64,000 bases of DNA from Nitrospirota bacterium (lineage in GTDB: Bacteria; Nitrospirota; Thermodesulfovibrionia; Thermodesulfovibrionales; JdFR-86), in NCBI GenBank assembly GCA_963721805.1, contig CAVRJY010000001.1:1216001-1280000 (forward strand). Direction: 5' to 3'. Of this stretch, positions 49,403-59,980 are shown in pieces. A program made the translations under genes and the position numbers. Every line of letters starts with the position of its first letter. The stretch's first letter is position 1. The notes under the pieces were generated by a model. It was not told where the DNA came from. It did no database searches and was given only the letters and a program-made list of their open reading frames with translations.

Positions 49403-50137
49403 ACCGCATCAAGGTTATCCTGACGCTGGTGCTTCTGATCGCTGCCGTGCTCAGCGCTCCGGCGCTCGCGTCCGAAGACCCGAAGCGCGGCCCGGAGCTC
49501 CTGCAGTACGACCTGTTGTGGGCCGGGGTCAAGGCCGGCACCGCTACGCTGGGGATCGAGAACTCCGCCAATGGCTCGATGATATTGCGCTCGACCGCGA
49601 AATCCGAGGACTGGGTGAGCGTGTTTTTTCCGGTCCAGGACCTGGTCGAGACGATGCTCGCGCCGAGCGGGTATCCGGCCCACTACACGATGAGGATCAA
49701 CGAGGGCCGCACGCACAAGGACCGCGAGTATATCTTCTCGGACAATAACTGCCAAGGTCAGGTACGTCGATAACCGGCTTAAGAAAAATAAGTCCTATGA
49801 AAGCGAAAGCCCGGCCTACGACCCGCTCTCGGCGTTCGACCACGTCAGGTGGGGCTTGCTGCCCGAGACGGGATCGGTACACGTCAGGATGTTCGACGAC
49901 AAGAAGTTCACTGACGTCGAGGTGACGATACTGGGCAAAGAGAAGATAACCGTACCGGCAGGGACGTTCGATACGGTCAAGATCCAGCCCAAGCTTAAGA
50001 CCTCCGGCATATTTTCAAGCCGCGGGGCGATCTACGTCTGGCTGACCGACGACAGGCGCAGGCTGCCGGTGAGGCTGCTGACGAAAGTGCTGGTCGGGAC
50101 GATCTCGGCCGACCTCACCTCTTTTTCTCAGCAATAA
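49399..50137 (+). pseudogene. DUF3108-like exported protein, frameshifted near 49745-49750
   Basis: Signal peptide and W.GVKAG in frame 1; YDPLSAF, EKITVPAGTF, VWLTDD..RLPV continue in the +1 frame from 49751. Confidence 0.75.
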
Positions 50138-50185
50138 CGGATCGTTCGAAATTCTCGCTGCGCTCGTATTCCAAACGGGGCTGCG

Positions 50186-51325
50186 CTAGCGGGCCTTAGC
50201 GTTCTTCTCCCTTATCACGCTCTCATAGAGCGCCACGGTCTCGCGGATATGCCGCTCGAACGTGAACTCCTCGGCCTTCCTCCGCGCGGCCGCTGACATC
50301 CGGGTGCATGTCGCCTGGTCCATCAGCCGCTCGATGCCGCGGGCTATCAGCCCCGTATCCTCAGGCACCGGCACGACGAAGCCGTCCTCGCCCTCTGTTA
50401 TGACCTCGGCCGCACCGCTAAGCGCGGTCGTTATCACCGGCAGGCCGCTTGCCAAAGCCTCAAGGTGTACATTACCGAATGGCTCATAAACCGTCGGAAA
50501 CACAAAGAAATCAGCAGCGGCATAATAGGCGTGATTATCGGGCTGCGGGCCGCAGAATATCACGCGCTTATTACCGTACCTATCATCGAACTTAATCGGT
50601 TTTCCCCTGCCCACGATCATCACGGTCAGTGGGCCTTTCACCTGATCGAGGGCGCGAAGCAGAAATCGCACCCCCTTGCGCTCGAAGCCCGATCCGACGA
50701 ACAGCGCGACCGTCTCGCCCTGGCCCACGCCGTGGCGCAAGCGTATCTCGGCGCGGTAAAGCTCCCGGTTGCGGGGGTGGAAGCGCTCCAGGTCGACTCC
50801 GTTATAGAGCACCACGATATCATCCGGGCTCACGCTGTAGTTGTCGAGGATGTTGCGCCTCACGAGGTCCGAGATAGCGATGATCCTGCGGAAGTACCCT
50901 CCGTTTAGTATCCTGCGCTCCAAGGCGAGCACGAGCCAGTGGTAGGGGTTCAGGACGATGTTGAGCTTGCCCAGCAGCCCGATCCGCCTCCAGCGCTGCC
51001 TGAGCCACTCTATATGGCAGCCGTCCCCTGCGCGGTATATGTCTTGGCAGAACGTCTTGTCATGGCTCTGTATGATGTCGTAGCCAGCGCCCTTTAACTG
51101 GAAATAGCTGGATATTGCGAAGCTCAGATCGCGCAGGAAGGAATTAAACTTTATGGTGGGCACGCGGTGAAACGTGATGTTCGGGTGCTGCTCCCCGGCC
51201 TCCCAGAGCGCGGCATAGAGGTGCACCTCGTGGCCGCTCTGGGCTAAGTGCATGACGAGGCTCTGCAAGAACCGCTCGGCCCCGCCGTGGAACGTGTATT
51301 TCTTTCTCAGGAGAGCGATCTTCAT
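50186..51325 (-). CDS. GT4 glycosyltransferase (WaaG/RfaG-like)
   Basis: GGAER, YRAGDGCH, GSGFERKG, YEPFGNVHLEA. Confidence 0.9.
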   Translation of the reverse strand: MKIALLRKKYTFHGGAERFLQSLVMHLAQSGHEVHLYAALWEAGEQHPNITFHRVPTIKFNSFLRDLSFAISSYFQLKGAGYDIIQSHDKTFCQDIYRAGDGCHIEWLRQRWRRIGLLGKLNIVLNPYHWLVLALERRILNGGYFRRIIAISDLVRRNILDNYSVSPDDIVVLYNGVDLERFHPRNRELYRAEIRLRHGVGQGETVALFVGSGFERKGVRFLLRALDQVKGPLTVMIVGRGKPIKFDDRYGNKRVIFCGPQPDNHAYYAAADFFVFPTVYEPFGNVHLEALASGLPVITTALSGAAEVITEGEDGFVVPVPEDTGLIARGIERLMDQATCTRMSAAARRKAEEFTFERHIRETVALYESVIREKNAKAR

Positions 51326-51478
51326 CCAACGGACAAGATAACCCGATACGGGCCGAAAACACAAGCCAGGGGTCAGGAACCTATCTCAAAACCACTCCCA
51401 GCCGAAAGAGGCTGCGTGCAAGAAACGACTCAGGCGGGACAGGGGGTGAAACCCCCAGGGAAGGGGCGCCCGTGGCGC

Positions 51479-53350
51479 CTACCTGTAGAATTCCGACATC
51501 TGCCTGCTGCCCTCGATGAGCATCTCTCGTTTGAGTTTGAGGACCTCGCTTGCGTTCGCGACGGGTTTGTAGTCCGCGTGGGAGCGGACCTCGAGCGAGC
51601 CCATGTTATAGGTCTCGGTCGAAAACGTGATGACGTCGTCGGGGTCTATGAGCGAGAGCTTGTTCCACCCGGCTACGGGGATGTACGTGCGCGCGGCGCT
51701 CTCATCGAGCAGCGAGACGCCCTGCGTGTAGTCGGAGCGGGGTGAGTTGCAGCCGATGGCGTCCATCAGGGTCGGGACGAGGTCCATGTGCGCCGTCACG
51801 CGCGTGACCTTGCGCGGCCCTATGCCCGGGTAATGCAGGACGGCGGTGGTGTGGGTCTGGTAGTCGTCGAAGGCCGAGGTGTGGCCGAGGAACCCCCGCT
51901 CATAGAACTCCTCGCCGTGGTCCCCGGTGATCATGACTATCGTGTGGTCCATCAGGCCCTTTTTCCGGAGCGCCTCTAGGATCATGTTGATCAGGTAGTC
52001 CTCGTAGAGGGCGGCGTTCTTGAAGCGGTTTCGAAGCTGGTCGATCTTGTCGCGGTCGGTGTCGCTGAAATAGTTGATCTCGCCCTGGAGCGCGGGGCGG
52101 AAGTGCTCGAACTCCTTGGGGTAGTCGTAGCTCTCGTGCGTGGAGTTATAGAACATGAACAGGAAGAACGGGTCGCGCAGCTTGCCGCTGTTTATGTACG
52201 AGACGATCTTGTCGGTCTGTATGCGGTCGTGGATGTCCGAGGTCCCGGCCGGCAGCGAGTCCTCGATCTTGTCCAGCACGTGCGAAAACGCGGTGGAGCG
52301 GAACTCCGGGAACTTAAGCGGCGTGCTGGAGAGCACCGCGAAGTCGTACCCCCGGTCCTTGAGCGAGTCGATCAGCACGGGCGGGATGCGGTGCGCGAGG
52401 AAGGTGTCCCAGTAGGAGCCCTCGAGGCCGTACATCAGCGAGAATATCCCGAAGCGCGTGTCGTTGCCCCCGCTGTAGTGGTTCATGAGGCGGATGTTGC
52501 CGTCCGCGAACCGGCTCAGGTTCGGCATGTTTTCGTCAGTCAGGAGGTCGAACCTCAGGCACTCCACCGCGATGACCACGATGTTGTATCGCTTGTCCTT
52601 GGACTGGTCGAACGTGGGCTGCGCTTTTGGGTACAGCACCGGCGCGCCCGCGGATTTGCCCTTTATCTTCATCCCTCCGGAGGCCTTATACCCAAACAGC
52701 CTGGACGCCGCGCGCCGTACGATAAGGGGCTGGTAGAGCGGGTAGAGCCTCGCGTTTTTCGTGATCATGGTATCGTTTGCGAGGTCGCCGTAAGCGTCGA
52801 GGCCCTTGTCGGCCAAAAACAGCGCGATTCCCGCGACGAGCACGATGGCTGCGGCCTTCCTGAAGCGTGCGTCGTCCGGGGCCGCAAACCTCCGGGCGAG
52901 GAGCTGCCCGCCCGCCATAGCGGCTGCGATCAGCGCGATGATGCCCAATAGCGTCGAGATCGTCTCTCGGCCGATCACGACCGAGTCCGCGAGGCCCCCG
53001 GTCATGATGAGGTTCAGGACCATAGAGTTGAGGTGGTAGTGGTATATCGTGTAGACGCGGGTATCCACGACCAGCAGCGTCTGGAGCGTCAGAAACAGCA
53101 TGCCCCCGAGCGCGGCCAGTATCCTCCTTGAGCGTACGGCGAACCCGGCGAGATATACCGCGAGACCTATCAGGAGGTTAAGCGAAAAGTAATGCGCCAC
53201 GAACGGCAGCAGGTCCTTCAGGGCCGAGAACGAGCCGTCCAGCTCGATCCCCTTCGTCAGCAGGGGCGCGGATATGACCATCGATATCGCGGCGTTGACC
53301 GCGATGGCGGGGAGGCAGTCTCCGAGGAAACTCAGCGAGCGGCGTTTCAT
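51479..53350 (-). CDS. membrane sulfatase-superfamily protein (YejM/PbgA-like)
   Basis: N-terminal TM helices, PLYQPL, HYSGGNDTRFGIFSL.YG, TGDHGEEF, HMDLVPT. Confidence 0.82.
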   Translation of the reverse strand: MKRRSLSFLGDCLPAIAVNAAISMVISAPLLTKGIELDGSFSALKDLLPFVAHYFSLNLLIGLAVYLAGFAVRSRRILAALGGMLFLTLQTLLVVDTRVYTIYHYHLNSMVLNLIMTGGLADSVVIGRETISTLLGIIALIAAAMAGGQLLARRFAAPDDARFRKAAAIVLVAGIALFLADKGLDAYGDLANDTMITKNARLYPLYQPLIVRRAASRLFGYKASGGMKIKGKSAGAPVLYPKAQPTFDQSKDKRYNIVVIAVECLRFDLLTDENMPNLSRFADGNIRLMNHYSGGNDTRFGIFSLMYGLEGSYWDTFLAHRIPPVLIDSLKDRGYDFAVLSSTPLKFPEFRSTAFSHVLDKIEDSLPAGTSDIHDRIQTDKIVSYINSGKLRDPFFLFMFYNSTHESYDYPKEFEHFRPALQGEINYFSDTDRDKIDQLRNRFKNAALYEDYLINMILEALRKKGLMDHTIVMITGDHGEEFYERGFLGHTSAFDDYQTHTTAVLHYPGIGPRKVTRVTAHMDLVPTLMDAIGCNSPRSDYTQGVSLLDESAARTYIPVAGWNKLSLIDPDDVITFSTETYNMGSLEVRSHADYKPVANASEVLKLKREMLIEGSRQMSEFYR

Positions 53351-54264
53351 GTGCGTTGTCCTTCCATGGCATGGTGCGGCGGGATGGTGCTATCAGGCGG
53401 GTAGCCGTAGGCCTGATCCAGGGTGCGAGTGGCCTCGTCAAGGTATCGCAGGTCGTCGGCGCTGAAGTGTTTGACGTACCCTCTGACCTTGCCCTCGCGT
53501 ACCTTGTACGAGTTGTTGTCCGAGACATCGGCCGGCGTGAGCATCGTGCTGTTGAAATCTCCGCGCTGCTCCATGCGCCTCATGTTCTCGAACTCCGAGA
53601 AGCGTACGGCCTGTGCCGCCGCGGCTGCGTCGACGGCCCCGGGGGCCTCGACGAATTCGAGCAAACGCGTGAGTTCCGCGAGCGTATCGGCGCGCAGGGC
53701 CTCGTAGCTCAGCCACAGGCAGCGCGGGTGGTTTCCGAAGCGCTTGCGCCAGAGGTTCAGGGTCTTGACGACCGAGCCGATGCCATAGCGCCGGTCGCGT
53801 ATGAAACTGCCGATTGAGCTATCGCACCTGTTTTTGACCGACCGCCTGGTCATCTGGAAATACAGCGAGACGACCGTGTCGCGGGGGTCGCGGTACAGTA
53901 CCAGGAGCTTTTTGCCGAAGACCACCCTGTCGGGTATGAGCATCTTGCCCCGCAGGCGTTCCCAGAACGTGGCCTCGCTGTGGTGAAGCCAGAGTTCGTG
54001 GTCGTAAACGATGCCGGGGACGAGTTCGCTTGATTTGCGCAGGTCGTCGATAGCAAACGGGATATCGTATTTAAGCGAAAAATATTTGTTCAGGAGCACC
54101 CTGAGCCATGTACGCCCGCTCTTGCCGACCGAAAAAACCAGAATGTCCGCCCCATACTGTTTGCGCCTCTTGGGGTTCATCTTGCGCAACCGCATCCCAT
54201 ATAATAGCATTTCGGTTTTGATCGATGCTCCTGCGTCCAAGCGCAACAAGAGTCGCCGGCTCAA
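53347..54264 (-). CDS. sulfotransferase-domain protein; start uncertain
   Basis: KSGRTW (5'-PSB-like), RDPRDTVVS (3'-PB-like), YEAL, KVREGKVRG. Confidence 0.82.
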   Translation of the reverse strand: MSRRLLLRLDAGASIKTEMLLYGMRLRKMNPKRRKQYGADILVFSVGKSGRTWLRVLLNKYFSLKYDIPFAIDDLRKSSELVPGIVYDHELWLHHSEATFWERLRGKMLIPDRVVFGKKLLVLYRDPRDTVVSLYFQMTRRSVKNRCDSSIGSFIRDRRYGIGSVVKTLNLWRKRFGNHPRCLWLSYEALRADTLAELTRLLEFVEAPGAVDAAAAAQAVRFSEFENMRRMEQRGDFNSTMLTPADVSDNNSYKVREGKVRGYVKHFSADDLRYLDEATRTLDQAYGYPPDSTIPPHHAMEGQRT

Positions 54265-54384
54265 TCACTGCGGCCGGGTTCTTCCGTGACCGCTCCGGCA
54301 TACAGAGGGTTTGGCGTGGAGGTTATGTCACTGTTGTTTCGTCATCAGGGCTCCGGCCGGAAAACAAGCCGGAGCGCCGCGTGT

Positions 54385-55362
54385 TCAGGGCCGTGCGCTT
54401 CGGGACTGGTGCCACTTCCACGCCGAGGCCACCATCGTGCGCAGGTCGCTGTGGCGGGGCCTCCAGCGCAACGTGCGCTCGATCTTTTTGGGGCTGCCGA
54501 TCAGTATCGCCGGGTCTCCGGGGCGGCGGCCCGACTCGATGACCGGGATCTTGCGGCCCGTGACCCCGGAGGCCGCGCTTATCACCTCGCGCACCGAGTG
54601 TCCGCTCCCGCTTCCGAGGTTGAAGGCCTCGCTCGGACCTCCGTCCATCAGATAGTCCAGTGCAAGCACGTGGGCGTCGGCGATGTCGCTGACGTGTATG
54701 AAATCCCTGATGCAGGTACCGTCCCTGGTGGGGTAGTCCGTGCCGTACACGCTCACGTTCGGCCTGCGGCCCGTCGCGGCGTCGAGCACGAGCGGGATGA
54801 GGTGGGTCTCGGGTGAGTGCCTTTCGCCTATCCCCGACTCCGCATCCGCGCCAGCCGCGTTGAAATACCTCAGCGCTGCGTATCGCAATCCGTATGCGCG
54901 CGCGTAGTCGGCCAGGACCTTTTCGATCATCAGTTTGGTCCAGCCGTAAGGGTTAACCGGGTTAAGCGGATGCTCCTCGGTGATGGGCGTATTTTCGGGT
55001 GTCCCGTATACCGCGCACGAAGAAGAGAAGATAAAGCGCTTTACATCGAACTCCAGCATGACGTTAAGCAGGTTTAGCGTGTTGACGACGTTATTCGCAT
55101 AATAGGCGCGCGGGTCCGTGACCGAATCCCCGACGTTGATATAAGAGGCGAAGTGCATTACCGCGTCAAACGCGTGCGTGGAAAAAAGGTCCCTCAGGCG
55201 ATCGACGGAGGCGAGGTCGGCCTCGAAAAACTCGCCCCAGCGTACGAACTCCCTGTGTCCGTGCACGAGGTTGTCGAATACGACCGTTTTATGGCCCAGC
55301 CGGGCGAGTTCCTTGTTCGCGTGGCTGCCTATGTAGCCGGCCCCGCCTACGACCAATATCAT
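54385..55362 (-). CDS. galE: UDP-glucose 4-epimerase
   Basis: GGAGYIGSH, FSSSCAVYG, YGWTK, LRYFNAAG, RDFIHV. Confidence 0.95.
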   Translation of the reverse strand: MILVVGGAGYIGSHANKELARLGHKTVVFDNLVHGHREFVRWGEFFEADLASVDRLRDLFSTHAFDAVMHFASYINVGDSVTDPRAYYANNVVNTLNLLNVMLEFDVKRFIFSSSCAVYGTPENTPITEEHPLNPVNPYGWTKLMIEKVLADYARAYGLRYAALRYFNAAGADAESGIGERHSPETHLIPLVLDAATGRRPNVSVYGTDYPTRDGTCIRDFIHVSDIADAHVLALDYLMDGGPSEAFNLGSGSGHSVREVISAASGVTGRKIPVIESGRRPGDPAILIGSPKKIERTLRWRPRHSDLRTMVASAWKWHQSRSARP

Positions 55363-55369
55363 CTTTGCC

Positions 55370-56569
55370 TTATCGCGCGAGGCTGCGGCCGTTCAGTATT
55401 GATGCATAAAGCTCCATTTGCTGCGCCACGGTGTTCTTGATGCCGAACCGGTCTATCACCCGCTGGCGTGCGGCCCTGCCCAGGGCTTGCGCGAGGGCGG
55501 GGTCGTCAAGCAGCCGCACGATGGCCGAGGCCAGCGCCTGCGAGTCCTTGACCGGGACCAGGAGCGCGTCTGTGCCGTCGGTCAGGATCTCCTGAAAGGG
55601 CCCGATCGAGGTCGCTACCACCGGCCTGGACGCGACCATCGCCTCTATCAGGGCGTTGCCGAACCCCTCCCAGAGCGAGGGCATGGCGTATATGTCCATT
55701 GCGGCCAGGACGTCCGGGATGTCCTTGCGGAGCCCGGCGAAGATCATCCGCGACGCAACCCCCATTTTTTGCGCATAGTCCTTGAGGACCCCGTGGAGTT
55801 TGCCGTCCCCTATCAGCAGCACCATCGCCTTGGGGTGAGAATCCTTTATCAGCGACAACGCCTCGATCAAAAAACGATGGCCCTTTTGGTCTTCGTTCCT
55901 CCCGATGGCGCCGATGACCTGCACGTCTTCAGGTATGCCGAGAGAACGTCTCGTGCGCGTGCGGTCTCCGGCCGGTATCGAATCTATATCAAAGCCGTTA
56001 TAGATGACGTTGATCTTATCGGCGGGGATGCGGTCGTAGAGCACCATGTCGGCCTTCACCGCCTCGGAGACGGCGACGAGCGCGTTCGTGCGGAGCGCCA
56101 GAAGCCGCCTGATGATCCGGCGCTTCGGCTTCAGCTCGAGCCCTTTGTACTGATTATGCTCGGAGGATACGACGCACTTGGCGTTAGTCAATATGGCCGC
56201 ATACCTTCCGTAAAGGTTCGGGAAATATCCGTGCGTACGCACGATATCGATCTTGCGTTGCCTGATTATCCGCACGAGGCCAAGCAGTACCTTCAAGTTC
56301 GGAATTATGCTCCTGCGCTGGCTGGGCATGCGCATCTCGATGACCTCGACCCCCGAGGCCTCGATATCGGGCTTAATCTGGCCCTGCCCCATGAGAGAGC
56401 AGACGGTAGGCGTGATCGCGGAGCGGTCGTAGTTCCTGATCACGGTCATCATCTGTTTCGGAACGCCGTAGACTGTCAGCGTGTTTACTACGTGCAGTAT
56501 GCGGTACGGTCTCGCCGGTATAATATCGTTTATCCCCCCGTTTCGGCCCCTATGAGCAATAACACGCAC
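55370..56569 (-). CDS. GT4 glycosyltransferase
   Basis: QKGH, PSLWEGFGNALIEAM. Confidence 0.9.
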   Translation of the reverse strand: MRVIAHRGRNGGINDIIPARPYRILHVVNTLTVYGVPKQMMTVIRNYDRSAITPTVCSLMGQGQIKPDIEASGVEVIEMRMPSQRRSIIPNLKVLLGLVRIIRQRKIDIVRTHGYFPNLYGRYAAILTNAKCVVSSEHNQYKGLELKPKRRIIRRLLALRTNALVAVSEAVKADMVLYDRIPADKINVIYNGFDIDSIPAGDRTRTRRSLGIPEDVQVIGAIGRNEDQKGHRFLIEALSLIKDSHPKAMVLLIGDGKLHGVLKDYAQKMGVASRMIFAGLRKDIPDVLAAMDIYAMPSLWEGFGNALIEAMVASRPVVATSIGPFQEILTDGTDALLVPVKDSQALASAIVRLLDDPALAQALGRAARQRVIDRFGIKNTVAQQMELYASILNGRSLAR

Positions 56570-57705
56570 TAATATAGCAGCTTTGGCGAGAGCAGATCAA
56601 TATAAAGCGATTGCCAGCGGCCGGTCGTGGCCTCGATCCCGAAGTGTTCTATGACATGCCCTCTGGCTGCCTCGCCCATCCGCCGCGCCTGACGCACGTC
56701 GGCCGCCACCTCGACAACGGCGCTTGCAAGCGCAGCGGGGTCGCGCGGTGGGACTATACGGCCGTGTTCGGGGTCGCGGAGCGCCTCGGGTATGCCGCCC
56801 ACGTTGGTCGCTACCACCGGGAGCCCCATGCTCATCGCTTCCAGCATCGCGTTTGGGAGGCCTTCCTCGATCGAGGGCATCACGAAGACGTCGGATGCCG
56901 CGAGCAGGTCAGGCACGTCGGTGCGCTGCCCCGTCAGCAGCACGCTTGCGCCGAGGCCGCGCTCCCTTATCATCCGCTCCAGGATCTCGCGGTACGAGCC
57001 GTCGCCCACGATCACGAGCCGGGTGTCGCGGCCGCTCAACCCCGCGCGTATCGCGCCGAAAGCCTCGATGAGATATTCGTATCCTTTGTTCTCGGCGAGC
57101 CTGCCTATCGAGACCAGCAGCAGCGAGTCTTTCGGTACCGCGAGCCCGGCCCGGACGTCCGCATGCGGGGCGGAGGGGTCGAACCTCGCGAGGTCCACGC
57201 CGTTTCGAATGACGCGCGTGCGTTTGAGCGGCAGGCGGTCGTAGCGCACCAAGTCCGTGCGGATCGCCTCCGATACGCCGACATAGACGTCCGTGCGCGA
57301 AAACAGCAGCCTGTTGGTGAGCCTTCTAAGCAGCCGCAGCTCCTTTTCGTGGTATGAGTTATGCTCCGAGCATATGACCACCGGCACGCCCGCGCGCCAT
57401 GCGGCCAGGCGGCCGTAGAAACCGGCCCGGTACTTGTGGGTGCGGAGCACCTGGATATTCTTCTTTTTCATCAGCGCCGCGAGTTCGGAGATGATCGAGG
57501 GGCTGAAGCGGCTGTAGCGCTCATGGCCGAGCGCGACGAAGTCATATCCCAGCCGCTCGAACTCCTCGCCGACTTCGAGCTTGGGCCCGAGACAGCAGAA
57601 AGTCGGGTTGATGACCGAGCGGTCGTAGTGCTTAAACAGGTTCAGGATCTGGAGCTGTATGCCTCCGAGCTTAGAGTTCTGGTATACGTGCAGGACGTTG
57701 ATCAT
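56569..57705 (-). CDS. GT4 glycosyltransferase
   Basis: GRLAENKG, PSIEEGLPNAMLEAM. Confidence 0.9.
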   Translation of the reverse strand: MINVLHVYQNSKLGGIQLQILNLFKHYDRSVINPTFCCLGPKLEVGEEFERLGYDFVALGHERYSRFSPSIISELAALMKKKNIQVLRTHKYRAGFYGRLAAWRAGVPVVICSEHNSYHEKELRLLRRLTNRLLFSRTDVYVGVSEAIRTDLVRYDRLPLKRTRVIRNGVDLARFDPSAPHADVRAGLAVPKDSLLLVSIGRLAENKGYEYLIEAFGAIRAGLSGRDTRLVIVGDGSYREILERMIRERGLGASVLLTGQRTDVPDLLAASDVFVMPSIEEGLPNAMLEAMSMGLPVVATNVGGIPEALRDPEHGRIVPPRDPAALASAVVEVAADVRQARRMGEAARGHVIEHFGIEATTGRWQSLYIDLLSPKLLY

Positions 57706-58823
57706 GGCAGCTGGCCCTGAAGTATCGAGGTATAGAGCCCCACATACCGCTCAACGGTCGCCCTGATGCTGTATTGGACCTCGGCCTTCAGGGCCGCGGC
57801 ATCGCCAAGGCGGCGGCTGAGCGCGACATCGTCCAGCAGCGCCGAGATCGCATCGCCCAGGGCGCGTGCGTCGGAGGGCGGCACGATCAGTGCGTCCGCG
57901 CCGTCCACCAGCACGTCTGCAAATGACGGGATCGCGCTTGCGACAATCGGCCTGCCCGAGGCCATCGCCTCGATGAGGGCGTTGCTCATGCCCTCCCAAA
58001 GCGAGGGCATCGCGTATATGTCCATCGCGGCCAGCATGTCCGGCACGTCTCTTCGCATGCCGGCGAATACCACCCTCTCGGCGATCCCGAAATCCCTTGC
58101 GATGTCCTCAAGCTCTCCTTGCAGCTCCCCGTCCCCTACGAGCAGCACGATAGCCTTGGGGTGCGTATCCTTCATGCCCCCGAGGGCCTCGACCAGATAC
58201 CTGTGGCCCTTCTGGCCTACGAGCCTCCCGACCGCGCCGATGACCTGGGCATCGCTGGAAATACCCAGCGAGCGCCTTGCGCGCGTGCGGTCGCCGCGCG
58301 CTATCGCAGCCGTATCCACGCCATTTGGGATCACCGCGATCTTCGCTGGTGCGATACGGTCGTATCTCGCGATATCGGCCTTCACCGCCTCGGAGACAGC
58401 GACGAGCCCATCGGTGCGGCGGGCCAGATAGTGGTTTATGAGCCTGCGGTGCAATTTCCGGTCCTGGGTGTACTGGTTATGCACCGAGGCCACGACGCAT
58501 GGCACATGCGCCCCGGCGAGCCTGCCGTAAAGGTTCGCGTGGTACTGGTGCGTGCGCAGGATGTCTATCCCGCGTTCCTTGATGATGCGCTTAAGCTCGC
58601 TGACCATCCGCCAGCTGAACTGGTGGCCCAGCAGCCCGAGCGCCATTACCTCCACGCCCTCGGCCTCGATCTCGCGCCCTATCTGGCCCTTGTCCGCGAG
58701 CGATACGACTGCGGGCGAGATGACCGCGCGGTCGTAATTGCGTATGACGTTTAGAAGCTGCTGCTCCACGCCGCCGACCGGAAGGCGGCTCATGACGTGC
58801 AGGATGCGGTATGGCGGCTTCAT
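57702..58823 (-). CDS. GT4 glycosyltransferase
   Basis: GGVE, GRLVGQKG, PSLWEGMSNALIEAM. Confidence 0.9.
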   Translation of the reverse strand: MKPPYRILHVMSRLPVGGVEQQLLNVIRNYDRAVISPAVVSLADKGQIGREIEAEGVEVMALGLLGHQFSWRMVSELKRIIKERGIDILRTHQYHANLYGRLAGAHVPCVVASVHNQYTQDRKLHRRLINHYLARRTDGLVAVSEAVKADIARYDRIAPAKIAVIPNGVDTAAIARGDRTRARRSLGISSDAQVIGAVGRLVGQKGHRYLVEALGGMKDTHPKAIVLLVGDGELQGELEDIARDFGIAERVVFAGMRRDVPDMLAAMDIYAMPSLWEGMSNALIEAMASGRPIVASAIPSFADVLVDGADALIVPPSDARALGDAISALLDDVALSRRLGDAAALKAEVQYSIRATVERYVGLYTSILQGQLP

Positions 58824-59980
58824 CCCAGGTTTATGCCCTTGGCCGCAAGGACCTCGTGGTACAGGTCAGTGTATTTGCCCGCCGTGCCTGCTATCGTAAA
58901 ATCCCTCCCGGCCAGGTCGATAGACGCCTTCGACATGTGTTTGGCCAGAGCTTTGTCACTAGCGATGCGCCCGATTGCGTCGGCGATGGGCCGGGGCTCG
59001 CAAGGAGGCACTATGATGGCGGCGCCCGAGTTGCCGGCGATCTCGCGCACGGTCGGAATGTCTGAGGCGACAACCGGCTTTCCGGCGGCCATGCCCTCGA
59101 TGAGTGCGTTTCCGAACCCCTCCCACAGGGATGGGAATACGAATATGTCAGAGGCCGCGATTATTGCGGGCACGTCCCGCCTGACCCCGGCGAAGATGAC
59201 GTTATCCACTATGCCCAGGGTCCTCGCCTTTTCCTTGAGCGCGGCGTCCAGGGGCCCGTCGCCGACGACGAGCAGCATCACCGACGGGAACCGGTCCTTA
59301 AGCATGGCCACCGCGTCCAGAAGATACGTCTGGCCTTTTTGCTCGACGAGCCTTCCCACGGAACACAAGACCGGATGGCGGCCTGCGAGACCGAACTCAG
59401 AGGCGATGGCGGCAGTTGCGCGCCCGGCGAACCGCAAGGTCTCTATGCCGTTGTGGATCACAACCGTGCGTTTGGAGTTGAGTCCGTCGTAAGCGAGCAC
59501 GTCGCGCCTTACCGCCTCGGAGACCGTGACCACACGGTCCGTCAGCCTGCCGAGCATGAAGTTCAGCGCGCGCCGGTTGGGCTTGAGTTCCTGTTGATAG
59601 CCGCTTTGCGGCGACTTGTAAATATTGTGCACCGAGGCTATGATGCACGGGGTGCGGGCAAGTATCGCCGCGATGCGCCCGTGCAGGCTGGCGCGGTATT
59701 CGTGCGTGCGGACGACGTCCGGGTGCAGCTCCCTGATATGCCGCCTGAGGGACAACACCAGCGGCAGCGAAAATCCGCGCGTGAACACGTGGTCGAGTGA
59801 TGTCACATCAATCCCCATGCCGCGTATTTCATCTGAGATGGAGGTCTCGGCCCCCAGGCAGATCACGGCGGGGGTTACGCGCGCGCGGTTGTAACTCAGG
59901 AGCAGCGCGATCAGCTGGTTCGCGACTCCGCCGCTGACAGAAAGTTTGGGGACTATATGGAGGGCTGAGATGGGGATCAT
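58820..59980 (-). CDS. GT4 glycosyltransferase
   Basis: GRLVEQKG, PSLWEGFGNALIEGM. Confidence 0.9.
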   Translation of the reverse strand: MIPISALHIVPKLSVSGGVANQLIALLLSYNRARVTPAVICLGAETSISDEIRGMGIDVTSLDHVFTRGFSLPLVLSLRRHIRELHPDVVRTHEYRASLHGRIAAILARTPCIIASVHNIYKSPQSGYQQELKPNRRALNFMLGRLTDRVVTVSEAVRRDVLAYDGLNSKRTVVIHNGIETLRFAGRATAAIASEFGLAGRHPVLCSVGRLVEQKGQTYLLDAVAMLKDRFPSVMLLVVGDGPLDAALKEKARTLGIVDNVIFAGVRRDVPAIIAASDIFVFPSLWEGFGNALIEGMAAGKPVVASDIPTVREIAGNSGAAIIVPPCEPRPIADAIGRIASDKALAKHMSKASIDLAGRDFTIAGTAGKYTDLYHEVLAAKGINLG

